A DNA stretch of 64,000 nucleotides from Podarcis muralis (Eukaryota), in the NCBI RefSeq assembly GCF_964188315.1, contig NC_135667.1, forward strand, positions 11,532,001 to 11,596,000, written 5' to 3'. The position numbers were made by a program, and so were the translations under genes. Of this stretch, positions 1 to 12,313 are shown in pieces. The stretch's first letter is position 1. Every line of letters starts with the position of its first letter. The notes under the pieces are model-generated. The model did no database searches. It was not told where the DNA came from and saw only the letters and a program-made list of their open reading frames with translations.

Positions 1-39
1 TGGGGAAGCCCAGCCAGGTGGGCGGGGTATAAATAATAA

Positions 40-83
<44 letters not shown>
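1..83 (+). mobile_element. 3' tail of an L2-type element with (TAT)n
   Basis: GGAAGCCCAGCCAGGTGGGCGGGGTATAAAT resembles the tail at about 61170-61190. Confidence 0.6.
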
Positions 84-170
84 GAAAAAGAGGGAAGCCA
101 GCAAGTCAGTACTGGAAGCCAAGATGGAGAAAATCTCCACAGACACCATGCATTTTCTTCTGGTGCTCAG
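84..170 (-). pseudogene. Remnant of E-type V2R exon-6 3' end downstream of gene A
   Basis: Aligns by eye to the [19 protein letters not shown] segment; cut on the left by an L2-type tail. Confidence 0.75.
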
Positions 171-379
171 ATATCATCCATAGTTTTTTCATACACATTA
201 TCCCAGTTCATTTACACCTCATATGCAACCATGCTGGATATCAAGAATATAAATGATAAGAGAATCTCTTCTGCTATTTTCATCATTTCAGGTAACTAGC
301 TTTCTTGAAAAACCACATGGAAATTACCATGCCAACAAGTCTAGAGCGTAAATATAGAAATGACAAACTATACTGTTAT

Positions 380-1281
380 TTACATCTTTCTCCGTATCAG
401 CTGCTCTCTGTTATTCAGCTCAGGCCTCACCACAATAATGTAGCATTTAGGGGAAAAGATGCAACCCAGCAGCCCAGCACTAGAAGCCAAGATGGAGAAG
501 ATCTCCACAGCCACCATGTATTTTCCTCTGGTGCTCAAGTATGTGGGAATAAAGGAGAACCAAACACTGCAGAAGACCAGCATGCTGAAGGTGATGAACT
601 TAGCTTCATTGAAGCTGTCTGGCAACTTCCTGGCTAAGAAGGCCACAGTGAAGCTGATAATGGCCAGGAAGCCCATGTAGCCTAAAACACCATAGAACAT
701 GAGAACTGACCCCTCATTACATAAGTATATAATTTCTTCACTGCTTGAGTGCATGTCCACATCTGGGAATGGGGCAGAGGTTGCCAGCCAGAAAACACAG
801 ATTCCCACTTGAAACACAGAGCAGGAAAGGACAATGGAATAAGCCAGTTTTTTGCCTACCCACTTCCTGATTGTGGAATCTGGCTTGGTAGCCATGAATG
901 CCAAAACCACTGATATAGTTTTGGCCAAGATGCTAGAGAGGGCCACAGAGAAGACAATGCCAAAAGCCGTTTGTCGGAGTGGGCAGGTTGCCTTATTAGG
1001 CATTCCAATGAACATCAAGGAGCACAGGAAACACAAGAGGAGGGAGATGAGGAGAATGTAAGTGAGGCTTCTGTTATTGGCTTTGACGATGGCAGTGTTC
1101 CGCTGCTTAATGAAAATGCCAAGTACCATAGCTGTGATCAGAGAGAATAAAAGTGCAGAGAAAGTTGAAATCATGGCCAAAGTTTCCCCAAAGCCTAGGA
1201 CATTTGGTTTCTTGGGAATGCACTCATTCTGCTCTTCATTTGGATATTGATCCGGAGGACATCTGGCACAGGTTTCCAACC
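380..1281 (-). CDS. V2R A exon 6 (end of Cys-rich domain and 7TM)
   Basis: 902 bp including stop, (G)LETCARCP...REQLIRRKM*. Confidence 0.95.
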
Positions 1282-4200
1282 CTGAAAAAAGGTTGCATGA
1301 CAATTGGATACAATCCAGAATATGCTTAAGAGTGTTTTTTTTTTTAAACTCAGGAGACCCCTTACCATAGTGTTTCCCAAAAAGGAAAAGTTTCAGAACG
1401 TCTAGTTCAAATGCTTGTGCCCTTGATGCTTTGAAAATAAAGTTATGCATGAAATCTTACATTTCATATATGGGGAAACTATTATTTTGGTGGTCCTCCT
1501 CCATTTTCTTAGAACCACAGATACTTCATGATGAAATCAGAGAAATATTACAGCTGAAATCTTGGAAGCAAGAGGGGTGATTTTTATCAGATTTTACCAC
1601 TGACCCCAAAGAGCCTGGGTCTCAGAGAAAAACTGCCACTTCTATTCCATCCTCCCTTCCCCAAAACTTTAGTGTTGTCTTCCAGGACAAAATGTATGTA
1701 CAGTGGTACCTCGGGTTAAGAATTTTTTTCATTCTGGAGGTCCATTCTTAACCTGAAACTGTTCTTAACCTGAGGCACCACTTTAGCTAATGGGGCCTCC
1801 CACTGCCTCCATGCTGCCGCCGCACGATTTCTGTTCTCATCCTGAAGCAAAGTTCTTAACCTGAGGTACTATTTTTGGGTTAGCAGAGTCTGTAACCTGA
1901 AGCGTCTGTAACCGAAGGTACCAACTGTATGAAATTTATGTCTTGTTGCATCAAAATGGACTTGAGGTGAAGCTACACTAGTGGTTTATAAAGTTAAAAT
2001 GCATTATTAAAATGTGACACCGCAGCAGTGAGCCACCAGCAATGGGAAACTGCATTAAAAATTATGGAACATTATATTTAATAACGTCTAAAAGATCAAT
2101 GTAGATACAGTGATGGAAAATCTTTACATTACAGATAAAGTCACATTCTGATGGTTTACTCCATAGAAGGTTAAGATAATTCCTTCATAGTGGCAGTTTT
2201 TACTGAGACTGAAGGGAAATTATTCTACTATTTTTAATAAACAATATAAATTGAGGCCATATAGAGCAAGCCCCATTGCCCAGTTGTTCAGAATTTACTA
2301 TAATAGCTTGTATATGGTAATATGGCATCTCTCACCCTTCTCATTTGAGAACATCCCACGAGGACATGGATCACAAGCATAACAACAGAACTTCTTCCCC
2401 TGCTTCTTTTTCTTCTCATAACCAGGACGGCAGTTGGCATTACATAAGGAAAAGGGTGGCACCTATCCAAAGGGACACAAAGGGATTAATATCTTTTTTA
2501 AAAAAATAAATAAATTATTGACTATTTTCACATAACAAATTATTCCAACAATTGTATTTCCCCCAATTTTCCCCTCCCCATCTCCCCCACATACCCCTCC
2601 CCCCTACAACATCCCTCTGCTCCCCTTTCTGATTTGTGAACACATATTATTCTCTGCATGTTATAAAAATTTAAAATTCTCTAAATTATCCATCTATTAT
2701 ATTAACAAATAAATTCGTGTATGTTTATTCAAAACCTGCCAAGGAGTTCAATTCATATTCTTGTTTCTTTAAGTACTTTGTAAAAGGTTTCCATTCTTCT
2801 TTGAAGTCAAAGTTGTACTTATTGCGCAGTTTCTGTGTCAACTTTGCCAGTTCCGCATAGTCCATCAATTTCTCTTGCTACTGTTCTTTTGTTGGGGTTT
2901 CTTCATTCTTCCATCCCTGTGCTATTAAGACACTTGCCGCCTTTGTAGCATACATAAATATGTTCTTCACTTTCCTTGGCAGGTGTTTCCCTACAATTCT
3001 TAAAATCTATAAATTTTAAATCAGTTTTCCACAATCTTTCCCAATCTTCAAGCAATATATTATGACCTATAACTTGTGCCCATTTGATCATGACTGATTT
3101 CACCTCCTCATCTTTTGTTTCCCATTCTAGCAGAATACTATATGCACCCTTAAGCAGCTTTACCATCCCTGCCACAACTTCCTTTTGAAATCTAGATATT
3201 GTATAACTAAATCCTTTCTTATTGTCTTCTTTGTATATCTCGTGTAGTTGCCAATAGTGTAACCAGGTCTGAAAATGGTCTTTTATTTCCCTGTAATCTC
3301 TTAATTTCCATTTTCCTTCTTGGTCCTTTAATAAATCAGCATACATGAGCCACTTTCCTTTTTTACCGAGTGGCTGGAGCAATAAAGCTTCATGTGGTGA
3401 AAGCCACCAAGGAGTCTTCTGTTCTAATAAGTCTTTATATCTTTTCCATACTCTCATTAGTGATTTCGTAATTATATTGTTATAAAAACCTTTATGTATT
3501 TTCCCTTTCCCATACTTTAAATATGTGTACCATCCAAATCTGTTGTCATGTCTTTCCAGATCTAATGCTTTTTGCTTTTCCAACTTTATCCAGTCCCTGA
3601 TCCATACCAGGCATGCAGCCTCATAGTATAATTTAAGGTACGGGAGGGCAATACCACCTCTTTCTTTTGTATCTGTTAGTATCTTATGTTTTATCCTTGG
3701 CCTTTTGTCCCTCCCCAATAAACTTGGAAATTTCCTTCTGCCATCTTTTAAAACATTCATCTTTCACAATTACTGGGACTGACTGGAAAAGGAATAGCAT
3801 TTTTGACAACACAAAAAAAGCTACAGTTCTAAGCATCATACAAACACAAGAAGATTACAATGTTCATACCTAGATTGACCAATGCTACAACCATCATCTG
3901 ATTCTACTAATTGTTATTTTTTTTTTTAATGGAAATACAGCTTTGTGCCCTTTGCTTCAGGGATTTCACTTGATTTCCCCTTAGTGAGCTTCAAGGAGTT
4001 GGGATCTGAAGGTAGTGAAATACTGTGGTTCTGCTCATATTTGGACAGTCCCTACCACTTATACCATTGGAATAAAGAGAGCCAACACTAGGGTCTCAAG
4101 CAGTAACAGGAAAACTCATGAAGATTACAATGTTCATTCACAAAGATACAGTTAGTGTAGCATTCTATTGAATGCCACTAAACAGAGAGCTGGGGACGTG

Positions 4201-7200
4201 GGTGGCGCTGTGGGTAAAAGCCTCAGTGCCTAGAACTTGCCGATCGAAAGGTCGGCGGTTCGAATCCCCGCGGCGGGGTGTGCTCCCGTTGCTCGGTCCC
4301 AGCGCTTGCCAACCTAGCAGTTCGAAAGCACCCCCGGGTGCAAGTAGATAAATAGGGACCGCTTACTGGTGGGAAGATAAACAGCGTTTCCGTGTGCTGC
4401 GCTGGCTTGCCAGATGCAGCTTTGTCACGCTGGCCACGTGACCCGGAAGTGTCTCCGGACAGCGCTGGCCCCCCGCCTCTTAAGTGAGATGGAGGCACAA
4501 CCCTAGAGTCTGTCAAGACTGGCCCATATGGGCAGGGGTACCTTTACCTTAAACAGAGAGCTGCCTTGTGGATTTCACAAACAAGCATGTAGGATGACAC
4601 TCTGATCGACAATGCTCTTTCTTAGTTTGACATGTCTTCTTTGCACACTGATCTTTTTTGTAAAAATGGTTCGTTTTATAATTACTAATAGAATTATTAG
4701 TGGCAGCATTATTAGTAGTGGCAGCAATAGTTGGGCAGCACTAGTCAAAACTAGACAAGCCACCCCTATGTGCATTGATGTCCTTACCTGAGTGAAGGCT
4801 CTGTGCCATTGAATTCTGTTCCCGTTAATGGTGAGCTCTTTTCCAGGAGGGGCCTGAGGATCCAGCCTTCCGACTTTGACCCTGACATAGGAATTATTTG
4901 GGAAAGTGACCAGGTTTGTAATATCAAATCCAGCTGCTAATTCTCCATGTTCATCGAATGTAATTTCATCGCCAGCACTGTTGTTGAATGAGAGCCTCTG
5001 CAGGAATGAGTGCAGCTAGGTGGAAAGAGAATCAAAAGTTCTATGTAGTCTTGTAATAGCCTTACTAAGACAATTCAATAGTTTTCATGGAAAAAATTAA
5101 GTTCTTTTCCTCCAGGAGTTCACCACTTCAGTTCCCAATGGAGGGGACCCAAATTTCAGCAGGGAAATCATGAATCAGTGTAAACTCAACAGTCAGGAGA
5201 TACGTTTCAGAGCAGCCTTTGTTAAGATTCAATATATAAAAGGAATTTGAGATGACGGGCACGAAAAGAGCCAGGAGCTCTTTTTGAGCAGTCTTGTGTG
5301 AGTATATGTTCCTGGGTAGTAGGGAATATTTAGGACACACAGTAGAGCAGTGTGCTATTGATCCCTCATATGGAAGTCCTCACCTCTAAAGCGAATATGT
5401 TCTAGGTGGACTTGTGAAGGGGCTCCCACAGCAATCAATGGCACATTGGCCACAACATTTGCCACACCTCAAGATGTACTGGACTCTTCCACTAGCCATT
5501 ACATATCCAGCACAAGTGAAGGGCATCAGCTCTTGGCTACAACATGTCACACCACTGTGCTCTACACAGGGCATAAGAAATGAGAGGGGCTTTATTGAAG
5601 ATATACAAAATGTCCCAAGAATTCATGTTCTGCTATAAGAAAGGCCGCCTGCCACTGAAAAATAATCTTTACTTTGATGGAAGTCAGGCAGGGTAAGTTC
5701 AAGCAAATATTTTCTAGAATCATAGGATCATATAATTATAGAGTTGGAAGGGATCACAATAAAATTAGTTAATATTCATTTTGTTGTATTAAGATTTATT
5801 ATTTTATTTATTATAAAGAAATCACAACCTATATTGTACATCAATGGAGTGCATAACACTGAGCAGGTTGTAAAGACTTTGTAAGAGTAAACACTACCTG
5901 CCAAGGCTCTACATTCTGAGGAAAGAGTCTGTTTCCGTCCATTGTCCTTTTGCAGATGGCTTCAGATGAGCACGTAATATGTAAGGCATGTGCCAGAGCA
6001 TAGACAGCATTATAGATACTGTAGCTGTGGCCGGTCATGCTCATTTCAAAAAATGGTGCAGGAAGGCTCTCCAGCATCTCCTCTCCAGTACATGTACCCA
6101 TAATGAGTGCTAATGCAGAGGACTTTGAAACTGAACAAAGAAATGATTGTTCCCAGAAATTCTTTATGAAACCATCTGCATCTTGTCCAGAAGGCTTTAC
6201 ATCCTGCAGAAAGTCTGAGAAGTCTTGAATCTCCTTGGAGTGAATTGTAATGGATATAGCACCTTGGAGCATTTGTATATTAGGGTCAATCAGTTTTCCT
6301 ACAATATTTGATATGAAATCTATTTGGGCTGCTGTAATCCATACTTTCCCTTCATGTTCGTTCCTCACAGATTGAGGAAGAATTAGCTGAATCATATTCC
6401 TTGCAATAAAAACAGACGTAAGCCATATAATAGATGTACTTTCTGCATATATAACAATCGCATTTGCTTTGCTTTTCATTAAAGTTTGTGAGAAAAGCTT
6501 TGATTGATCTGCTATATCAAATATTCTACCGCTGAATTGCAGATAGTATTCCGTTCTTTCTGTGAATGCTGAACAGATTGCATTCTTGAAGAGCATTGGT
6601 TCAATGGTCTTCAAGAATTGTTCTCCAGCTTCATTAGCTGGAGTGATGAGCCCAACCCATTTCCATCCGAAATGCAGAAGTAACTGGATAATTCCCTTGT
6701 ACTGAAGATCTTCATTGGGGACCATGCGATAAAAGGAAATGAATTTGATGTGATCATTTATGGCCGGTTCAAATGAACCATATGAAATCTGAAAAAGAAA
6801 AAAGCCAAACTTTTCCATGTGGAAACAAGAATCCACAACACACTCATTTATCTAATATAAATCCTATGGATTCCATCTTTTCTAATCTTAGAGAAAGGGC
6901 CACCCTCCCATTTACCTAGAAAAAACGCACAAAGCAAACAATCTTGCTCATTTGTTTATGTAGATACTGATTCCTATTATTGTGGAGTCATCACAGTACA
7001 CATGGATTGTGTCAAAGTCTGGAGAGCATTTATCCCTGCTTGTTTCCACATACGGCTTGGATAAATGAAAAAAAAAAAAACTTGATTGTGGAAATGGAGG
7101 GAGACAAACCATGGATCATGTTCTTTTGGTCTATAACCTTTAAAGCAGTTGTAGAGAGACTTTGATGGTTTATGTACTAAGAACTCTCATGGGAGTTCTC

Positions 7201-9858
7201 CTATAGGTTTCTTGAATATAATACATTTTATTCTTCTGTGATCAACAATAAACCATTACTGTACATATATTGAAAATAAAATGCCAGCAAAAATTAAGGC
7301 AACTAAAATGAAGTTCAGTAATGTAGCAGAACAACACAAAATTGGTACCACTATTTCTCTTTCTCCAAATGCTAGAAAAATAACAAGAAAAGTGCTTTTC
7401 ATTAGCCTCTGAAAGAGGACAGTGCTGAATAACATTACACTTCCACAAGGTGGGAATTTCATGATTCCTATGGAGAGGGCCACTCTTGTCTGTGCAAGCG
7501 ATTATTTATGCCTGTGCAAGCGATTATCAACAGCATGAATTGGGATTGGTACTTTTCAGACAGCTAGGACAATGCTTGCAGAATTGAAATAATGTGAGCC
7601 CAATCCTCCACTAAATATATTAAACACACATCTTTGGGAACATGGCTCTCTCATAAAAGTTGGTTTATGCACATACTAATGTCCTCAAATATATCAATAT
7701 ATTGCAACCATTTTCCTTTTTCGACTTGATACTTATGAATCAACAGCTTCCAGTAGAAGGAGTGTAGAGTGAACTACGGAATGACATATCTATTTTATGT
7801 ACCTGTGGAATCTTGTAAAGACCTAAGATATCTGCCATGGATGAGGAGGTGTGAGAGCTAAGTCCCCCAATGACTCCTACTACTTTTTTCTGAATTCCAC
7901 ATATGTAGTTGGGGACAAAATGATGTGATTTAAAGAGCAGATGCAGAGTGTTTTGGTAGGTCATCCTTGAATCAAAATAGGAATCATAGATGTGGAATCC
8001 AAGTGTGGCATTGGGCAAGATCTTGGGATTCCCATTGATCTCATCAACAGCAAACACCAAGGCGAGGATGTGTTGGTAGAACTTTCTCATCACCCTACAA
8101 ATAAAGTGTGTTACTATTTTATGGGGAATAAAGCAGTGCACAACATCGAGATGTGAGAGATTCAACTGCCCCTGTTAAATATTCTTGTAAATATTCAAAT
8201 TGCTTTGTGCTTTTAGAGTTAATATTTGGATTTCTCCTCCATCCAAGTCAGATTTTTATCACTAGAAAGAAGAACTGTGCCACATGGCTATGCTACAGTT
8301 ATTGAAATCAGTTCGATATCCCTTTGTCAGTACATAGCTGTCCCTAGCAATAGAAATGGTATGATATTAAAGAAAGGAATTGGCAGCTGCCATTTTGAAT
8401 ATGAAGAATGCCCAGTGATGAGCTAGCAGTGATGATGGTAAAAGGGCTTTCCTCCCATTATTACTGAGCACATTTAAAATGTATCCCTGAATGTTTGCAA
8501 TGTACTTTAGACATGCCTTCCATTTTGTACCATTCTTCACTAAAGCAGCGCAAGCTGGGCTTCATTGCTCTCCTCTCTCCCCTTGCATACTCACAAAAGT
8601 GCCTAAGTTGTAGGTGATGCAGAAAATGGAGATTTGAACCCAGAAGGTTGCCATGATATATTACTGTGGGGAGGAGGATCAATGGCTAGAGAGCAAGTGG
8701 TGGTGATATGAAACTGAATCAGCTCAAACACAGTTGAAGTTTCATATCTTCATCTTTACAAGCACTGCGTCCACAACCAGCTATCAGGAAGAGCTTTTCA
8801 GTGTTGAATATTCTTTTGTCATCTGGCCCAGACAGCATTTCTATTGTAACGTTAGCAGCCTGCTGCTATGTCTTTGGAAAAACTTTAGAGATGGAATCAG
8901 TCTCAGACAGAATTACATAACGCTATGTAGCCTGTCAAATGGTATGCAGTGCACACTTTGTTTCATTTTTGCTGGATCAGTTTTGATTATTGTGGCCAGA
9001 GGATGCAGTGAATGCACTTGAAGTTGTCAAACTGACCCCTTGACCCTTGCCTGTCTTGGCTTTTTAAATGGAGCTTTATAGGATTGACTGGCAGTGGCAG
9101 ACTTGGGTACTATGACACTTATTGCAAGGCTGAAAATTTGCACCCACGTAGACCTTGCATTGCCTTCCCTTAGGAAGGAGTCACAAGGCTCTGGCAGGGT
9201 CCTAGAATCCTTCCACTTAGTTCCCAAAGCTGAAAAATTGCTAATTAGGCTTTGTGAAGGAGGCAGGAGGAGTCCAGGACCTAGTCAGATACTCATGGTT
9301 CTCTACTCAAGCCCAGTGCCTGGCTTACCCGGCTTTGAGGCAGTGCTCCCATGGCTCTGTCTCCGATGTGTGTACACTGCTCGCACAACCCTAATTCTGC
9401 CTCTTTGACTGGGGAAGTTCAGTGAGTTTTCTATGCTTCATTGGAGAATGGAGAAATACCATCCAACTTGAAGCAGGTTATGGTGTGCCTCCTCTTTACT
9501 CTGAACCAAGAATAAAATATTCTTATGCCTTTTTTTTTTAAAAAAAATATTTTTTCATAGCATTTTTCCCAAAGCAAAAGTACTTTCTAGACAGATTCTA
9601 AATGTATAAAGCATAAAGGAAATAATCTTAAGGTCCATTTACTTACACTGGATTGTCAACAAAGTCGTGAGATGGGTGTTGATGGAAGGAAATGCTGGGG
9701 AATACGTAATACATATAAGACACTATCCCACCCATGATAAGGTCACCTGGTTCATACCACTCTTGTGGAATATGCACATGATTATTTCTGCTGCAAGCAA
9801 CAGTGTGAACTTGGGGCACCATATTGGGAAGCAGTAGGAGAAGCAGCAGCAACAACAT
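380..9858 (-). CDS. V2R gene A (vomeronasal type-2 receptor, class C GPCR), 6 exons, intact, 883 aa (892 aa if upstream in-frame ATG 9885 is used)
   Basis: Exons 9647-9858, 7803-8094, 5898-6788, 4788-5015, 2336-2462, 380-1281 (212/292/891/228/127/902 bp) with GT-AG ends and matching phases. Leu-rich signal peptide, VFT motifs (FAVDEIN, LGFHIYD, QISYG), nine-Cys domain, 7TM with [19 protein letters not shown]. Confidence 0.93.
1701..1927. mobile_element. Tc1/mariner-type MITE, gene A intron 5
   Basis: TA-flanked, TIR CAGTGGTACC...GGTACCA(A)CTG. Confidence 0.82.
2336..2462 (-). CDS. V2R A exon 5 (cysteine-rich domain)
   Basis: 127 bp, [42 protein letters not shown]. Confidence 0.92.
2490..3815 (-). 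mobile_element. 5'-truncated, internally deleted L1-type LINE (ORF2 C-terminal part, 3' UTR), gene A intron 4
   Basis: [47 protein letters not shown], ...[13 protein letters not shown]; G-rich 3' UTR and T/A tail; boundaries approximate. Confidence 0.85.
4193..4550 (+). mobile_element. Sauria SINE, full length
   Basis: tRNA-derived head with B box GGTTCGAATCC, ACCTTT tail, 13-14-bp TSD (T)AAACAGAGAGCTG. Confidence 0.9.
4788..5015 (-). CDS. V2R A exon 4
   Basis: 228 bp, hand-translated [40 protein letters not shown]...QWHRAFTQ, no stops. Confidence 0.92.
5898..6788 (-). CDS. V2R A exon 3
   Basis: 891 bp, ISYGSF...VEPWQ, AG/GT ends. Confidence 0.93.
7803..8094 (-). CDS. V2R A exon 2
   Basis: 292 bp, [20 protein letters not shown]...LYKIPQ, AG/GT ends. 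Confidence 0.93.
8760..9500 (+). mobile_element. Old degraded L2-like ORF2 relic in intron 1 (copies at about 23130-23840, 37290-37740, 52760-53500)
   Basis: Scattered L2-like peptides across copies: [50 protein letters not shown]; boundaries approximate. Confidence 0.5.
9647..9858 (-). CDS. V2R A exon 1 (signal peptide, VFT N-terminus)
   Basis: [17 protein letters not shown]...GDLIMGG...DNPV, ends at phase-2 donor GTAAGT; the ATG at 9858 is the one shared with B, C and D. Confidence 0.85.
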
Positions 9859-9885
9859 CCTCATCACAAATATCCTTCTACACAT

Positions 9886-10260
9886 GGACTCTCTACAATA
9901 TTGTTACTATCACCAGCCTGACTTGAACAGGATGTATTTGGTGAGAGCCGCCTTTGGCAGTTCTGTTCTTAAAGAAGCAGGATTCCACTTTCTTATTAAC
10001 TTTATCACTGTTACTAAAAAAAGGAATTGAATGCTAAATAATCTAGAGTGACTTGGAACCTGACCTATACAATGAAAGAGGAAAACTGATTGAAATAAGA
10101 GAGCCCGGCCTCCTCTCCCCTCCCTTACCACAGCTGTCAATGGAACACTAGGGTGCTTTTAATCATTTCTGATTTAGTTTTTGACTCTTTATTTTTCATT
10201 ATGTCTTCTGCTGCTTTGCCAGGTGCATTAATTATAGTAATTTTAACAATTACAGGTCAG
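9886..10260 (-). promoter_or_regulatory. Putative proximal promoter or 5' UTR block shared by genes A-D
   Basis: Conserved upstream of all four exon 1s (also about 24240-24620, 38140-38490, 53890-54275), including ATTATAGTAATTTTAA(T/C)AATTACAGG. Conservation could simply reflect recent duplication. Confidence 0.35.
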
Positions 10261-10969
10261 CTACCTTTTTTGTTTTGTTTTTGACTCTATGGTGCATCAG
10301 AAATTATTTCCGAAGTAAACATATCTGTCACATCACACAATCCTAGATTAGGAGGAGATTTCTAAGGTCATCAAGTATTATCCGCTTGCTAATGCAGGAC
10401 ATCCATAACTACAAACAAAAATAAAAACACCCCACTTGTAGGCAGGCATTCATCTTTTTCCAAAAAATTTCTCTATCAAAATGTGTTTAGAGGGGAGCCA
10501 ACTGCATCCTTTCCCCATTTGTCTAATTTCCTCCCGGCCCTTAATTTCGCTGTCATATGTAACATTTATTACATATCATGGGAACCATGATGGAAAAGGT
10601 CCAAACCATATCAGGATATAGAGACCCTGGAGAACACAGCCGAACTGCTTTTGAAAGAGCACATATATATATAGTTTGAACCAGAGTGGCATGCTAAGGA
10701 ACAACTGTGCCATCCATCTTTTACTCTTGTAAGAAGTAGTAATTCTGAAGACTAGGTGGTCTATCACTGTCAGGCAGTGATAGGCAGTATTTTCCCCTCC
10801 AGATGTTTCTGGATTAGAGCTTTCATCATCCATGATAATAATAGCCAATTGTAAGCTGATGTGAGCTGTAGTCCAGCAATATCTGGAGGGCCACAGATTG
10901 GGTACCCTTGGTGTGAGGAAGGTTTGGGCTGTTGAAAAAATGCCTCATGCTGAACTGTCAGGGCTTTGT

Positions 10970-11210
10970 TTGGATTTGGATTTGATATCCTGGTTTATCA
11001 CGGCCCGAAGGAGTCTTAAAGCAGCTAACATTCTCCTTTCCCTTCCTCCCCCACAACAAACACTCTGTCAGGTGAGTGGGGCTGAGAGACTTCAAAGAAG
11101 TTTGACTAGCCCAAGGTCACCCAGCAGCTGCATGTGGAGGAGCGGAGATGCGAACCCGGTTCACTAGATGATGAGTCTACCGCTCTTAACCACTACATCT
11201 CACTGGCTCT
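10970..11210 (-). mobile_element. Squam3-like tRNA/CORE SINE
   Basis: Minus-strand head GAGAGCCAGTGAGATGTAGTGGTTAAGAGCGGTAG...; CORE-like GGGTGACCTTGGGC; TSD CTTTGT; empty site at about 24960 and 54900. Confidence 0.82.
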
Positions 11211-12154
11211 CTTTGTCAAGTATTTGAGCCCTCTGAACCTGAAGCAGTGTCCATGGGAAGGTGAGTCACTTCCTGACTCCCTTTCCAGCCCCATGTCATT
11301 GCAGGTATCAGATTACAGAAGTGCAGAAGTCCCAGTTTATCCTTGGAGATTTGTTCTTTAAAGGAAACCGACTCTGCCTCACAGTGCTACTTATATATAC
11401 CTTATTTCTCCGCCTTTGTGCAAATAGTAGAGTTCTGTTTAGGTTCCCATTAGTTCAAATGATAGCTGACACTCTTTTGTATTTTCATCCAATGGTAGGA
11501 AGAGTTTCAAAGAAATAATAATTATGGAAATATATAAAAATGATGAGATGAGCAGAGAAAGGGAAGGTTGTAGGTCTCTATCATCTTAGATGGCACAAAG
11601 CTTTTACATTGTCTGGGGAAGACATACCTGAGGAGCAGATAGGTCTCAGACTACACACAATTTCCCCAGGCTAGTGCCTGCCTCCACTTCTTGCCTGATA
11701 TTCCTTCCCAACAGCCACAGATCATACAACCCAAACTGCCCAAATTCTTCCATAATTTGGAGGGAGACTTGCTTGAGTCTAGTGCATGGCCCTGATAGAT
11801 TGAGCATTGCTCTCGCACAACATAAGGCAGCTTACACTGTTCCCTTTCCCCTTTTCTCTATCTTCAGTTTCCAACGCACCCCAACATCTGCTCAGGAGTT
11901 TCAGAACCTATTGGGAAAGTGGATGCTGGAAAAGTAGAGTAAGGGATTTAGATTGTTGGATATGTTAGATTTGATCCATAGTTTCATTCATATACATAGT
12001 CCCAACTCATTTCCACGTCATATGTAACTTTGCTGGATCCCAAAAACATAAATGATAAGACAAGCTCTTCTGTTATTTTGACCCCCACATCTGACACTGG
12101 CCAGAAAGGTTATAGAGCCTAACTCCGAACATAAACTACAATCTCTTCTGTCAT

Positions 12155-12313
12155 TTATAAGTTGCTCCATATCAGCTGTTCTCTATTAATCAGTTCAGGC
12201 CTTATCATAATAATGTAGCATTAAGGGGAAAAGAGGCAAGCCAGCAAGCCAGTACTGGAAGCCAAGATGGAGAAAATCTCCACAGCCACCATGTATTTTC
12301 TTCTGGTGCTCAG
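12155..12313 (-). pseudogene. Remnant of E-type V2R exon-6 3' end downstream of gene B
   Basis: [51 protein letters not shown]; LLACLF is the E-type motif; followed by E-like 3' flank. Confidence 0.85.

Noticed and set aside
305-1250. Recurrent plus-strand ORFs over exon 6 (also near 12472, 26413, 40735, 56088)
   Set aside because: Antisense shadows of the conserved 7TM exon; they recur only because the exon is duplicated.
1282-1450. N-terminal extensions of exon ORFs (MHNFIFK..., MGNTMVRG..., MDSCFHMEK..., MHCFIPHK...)
   Set aside because: Intron read-through upstream of clear AG acceptors; includes polypyrimidine tracts.
2288-2470. MDRCHP... ORFs at exon 5 (also 14439, 28381, 57899)
   Set aside because: Wrong reading frame; the true frame gives the Cys-rich domain.
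4193-4270. tRNA-like sequences with A/B boxes (also 11140-11210, 21715-21785, 35660-35731)
   Set aside because: SINE heads followed by SINE bodies and TSDs; not tRNA genes.
5589-5594. Sense AATAAA in intron 3 as a shared premature poly(A) site
   Set aside because: Mutated in gene C and separated from exon 3 by an L1 in B-D; a single hexamer in AT-rich DNA is weak evidence.
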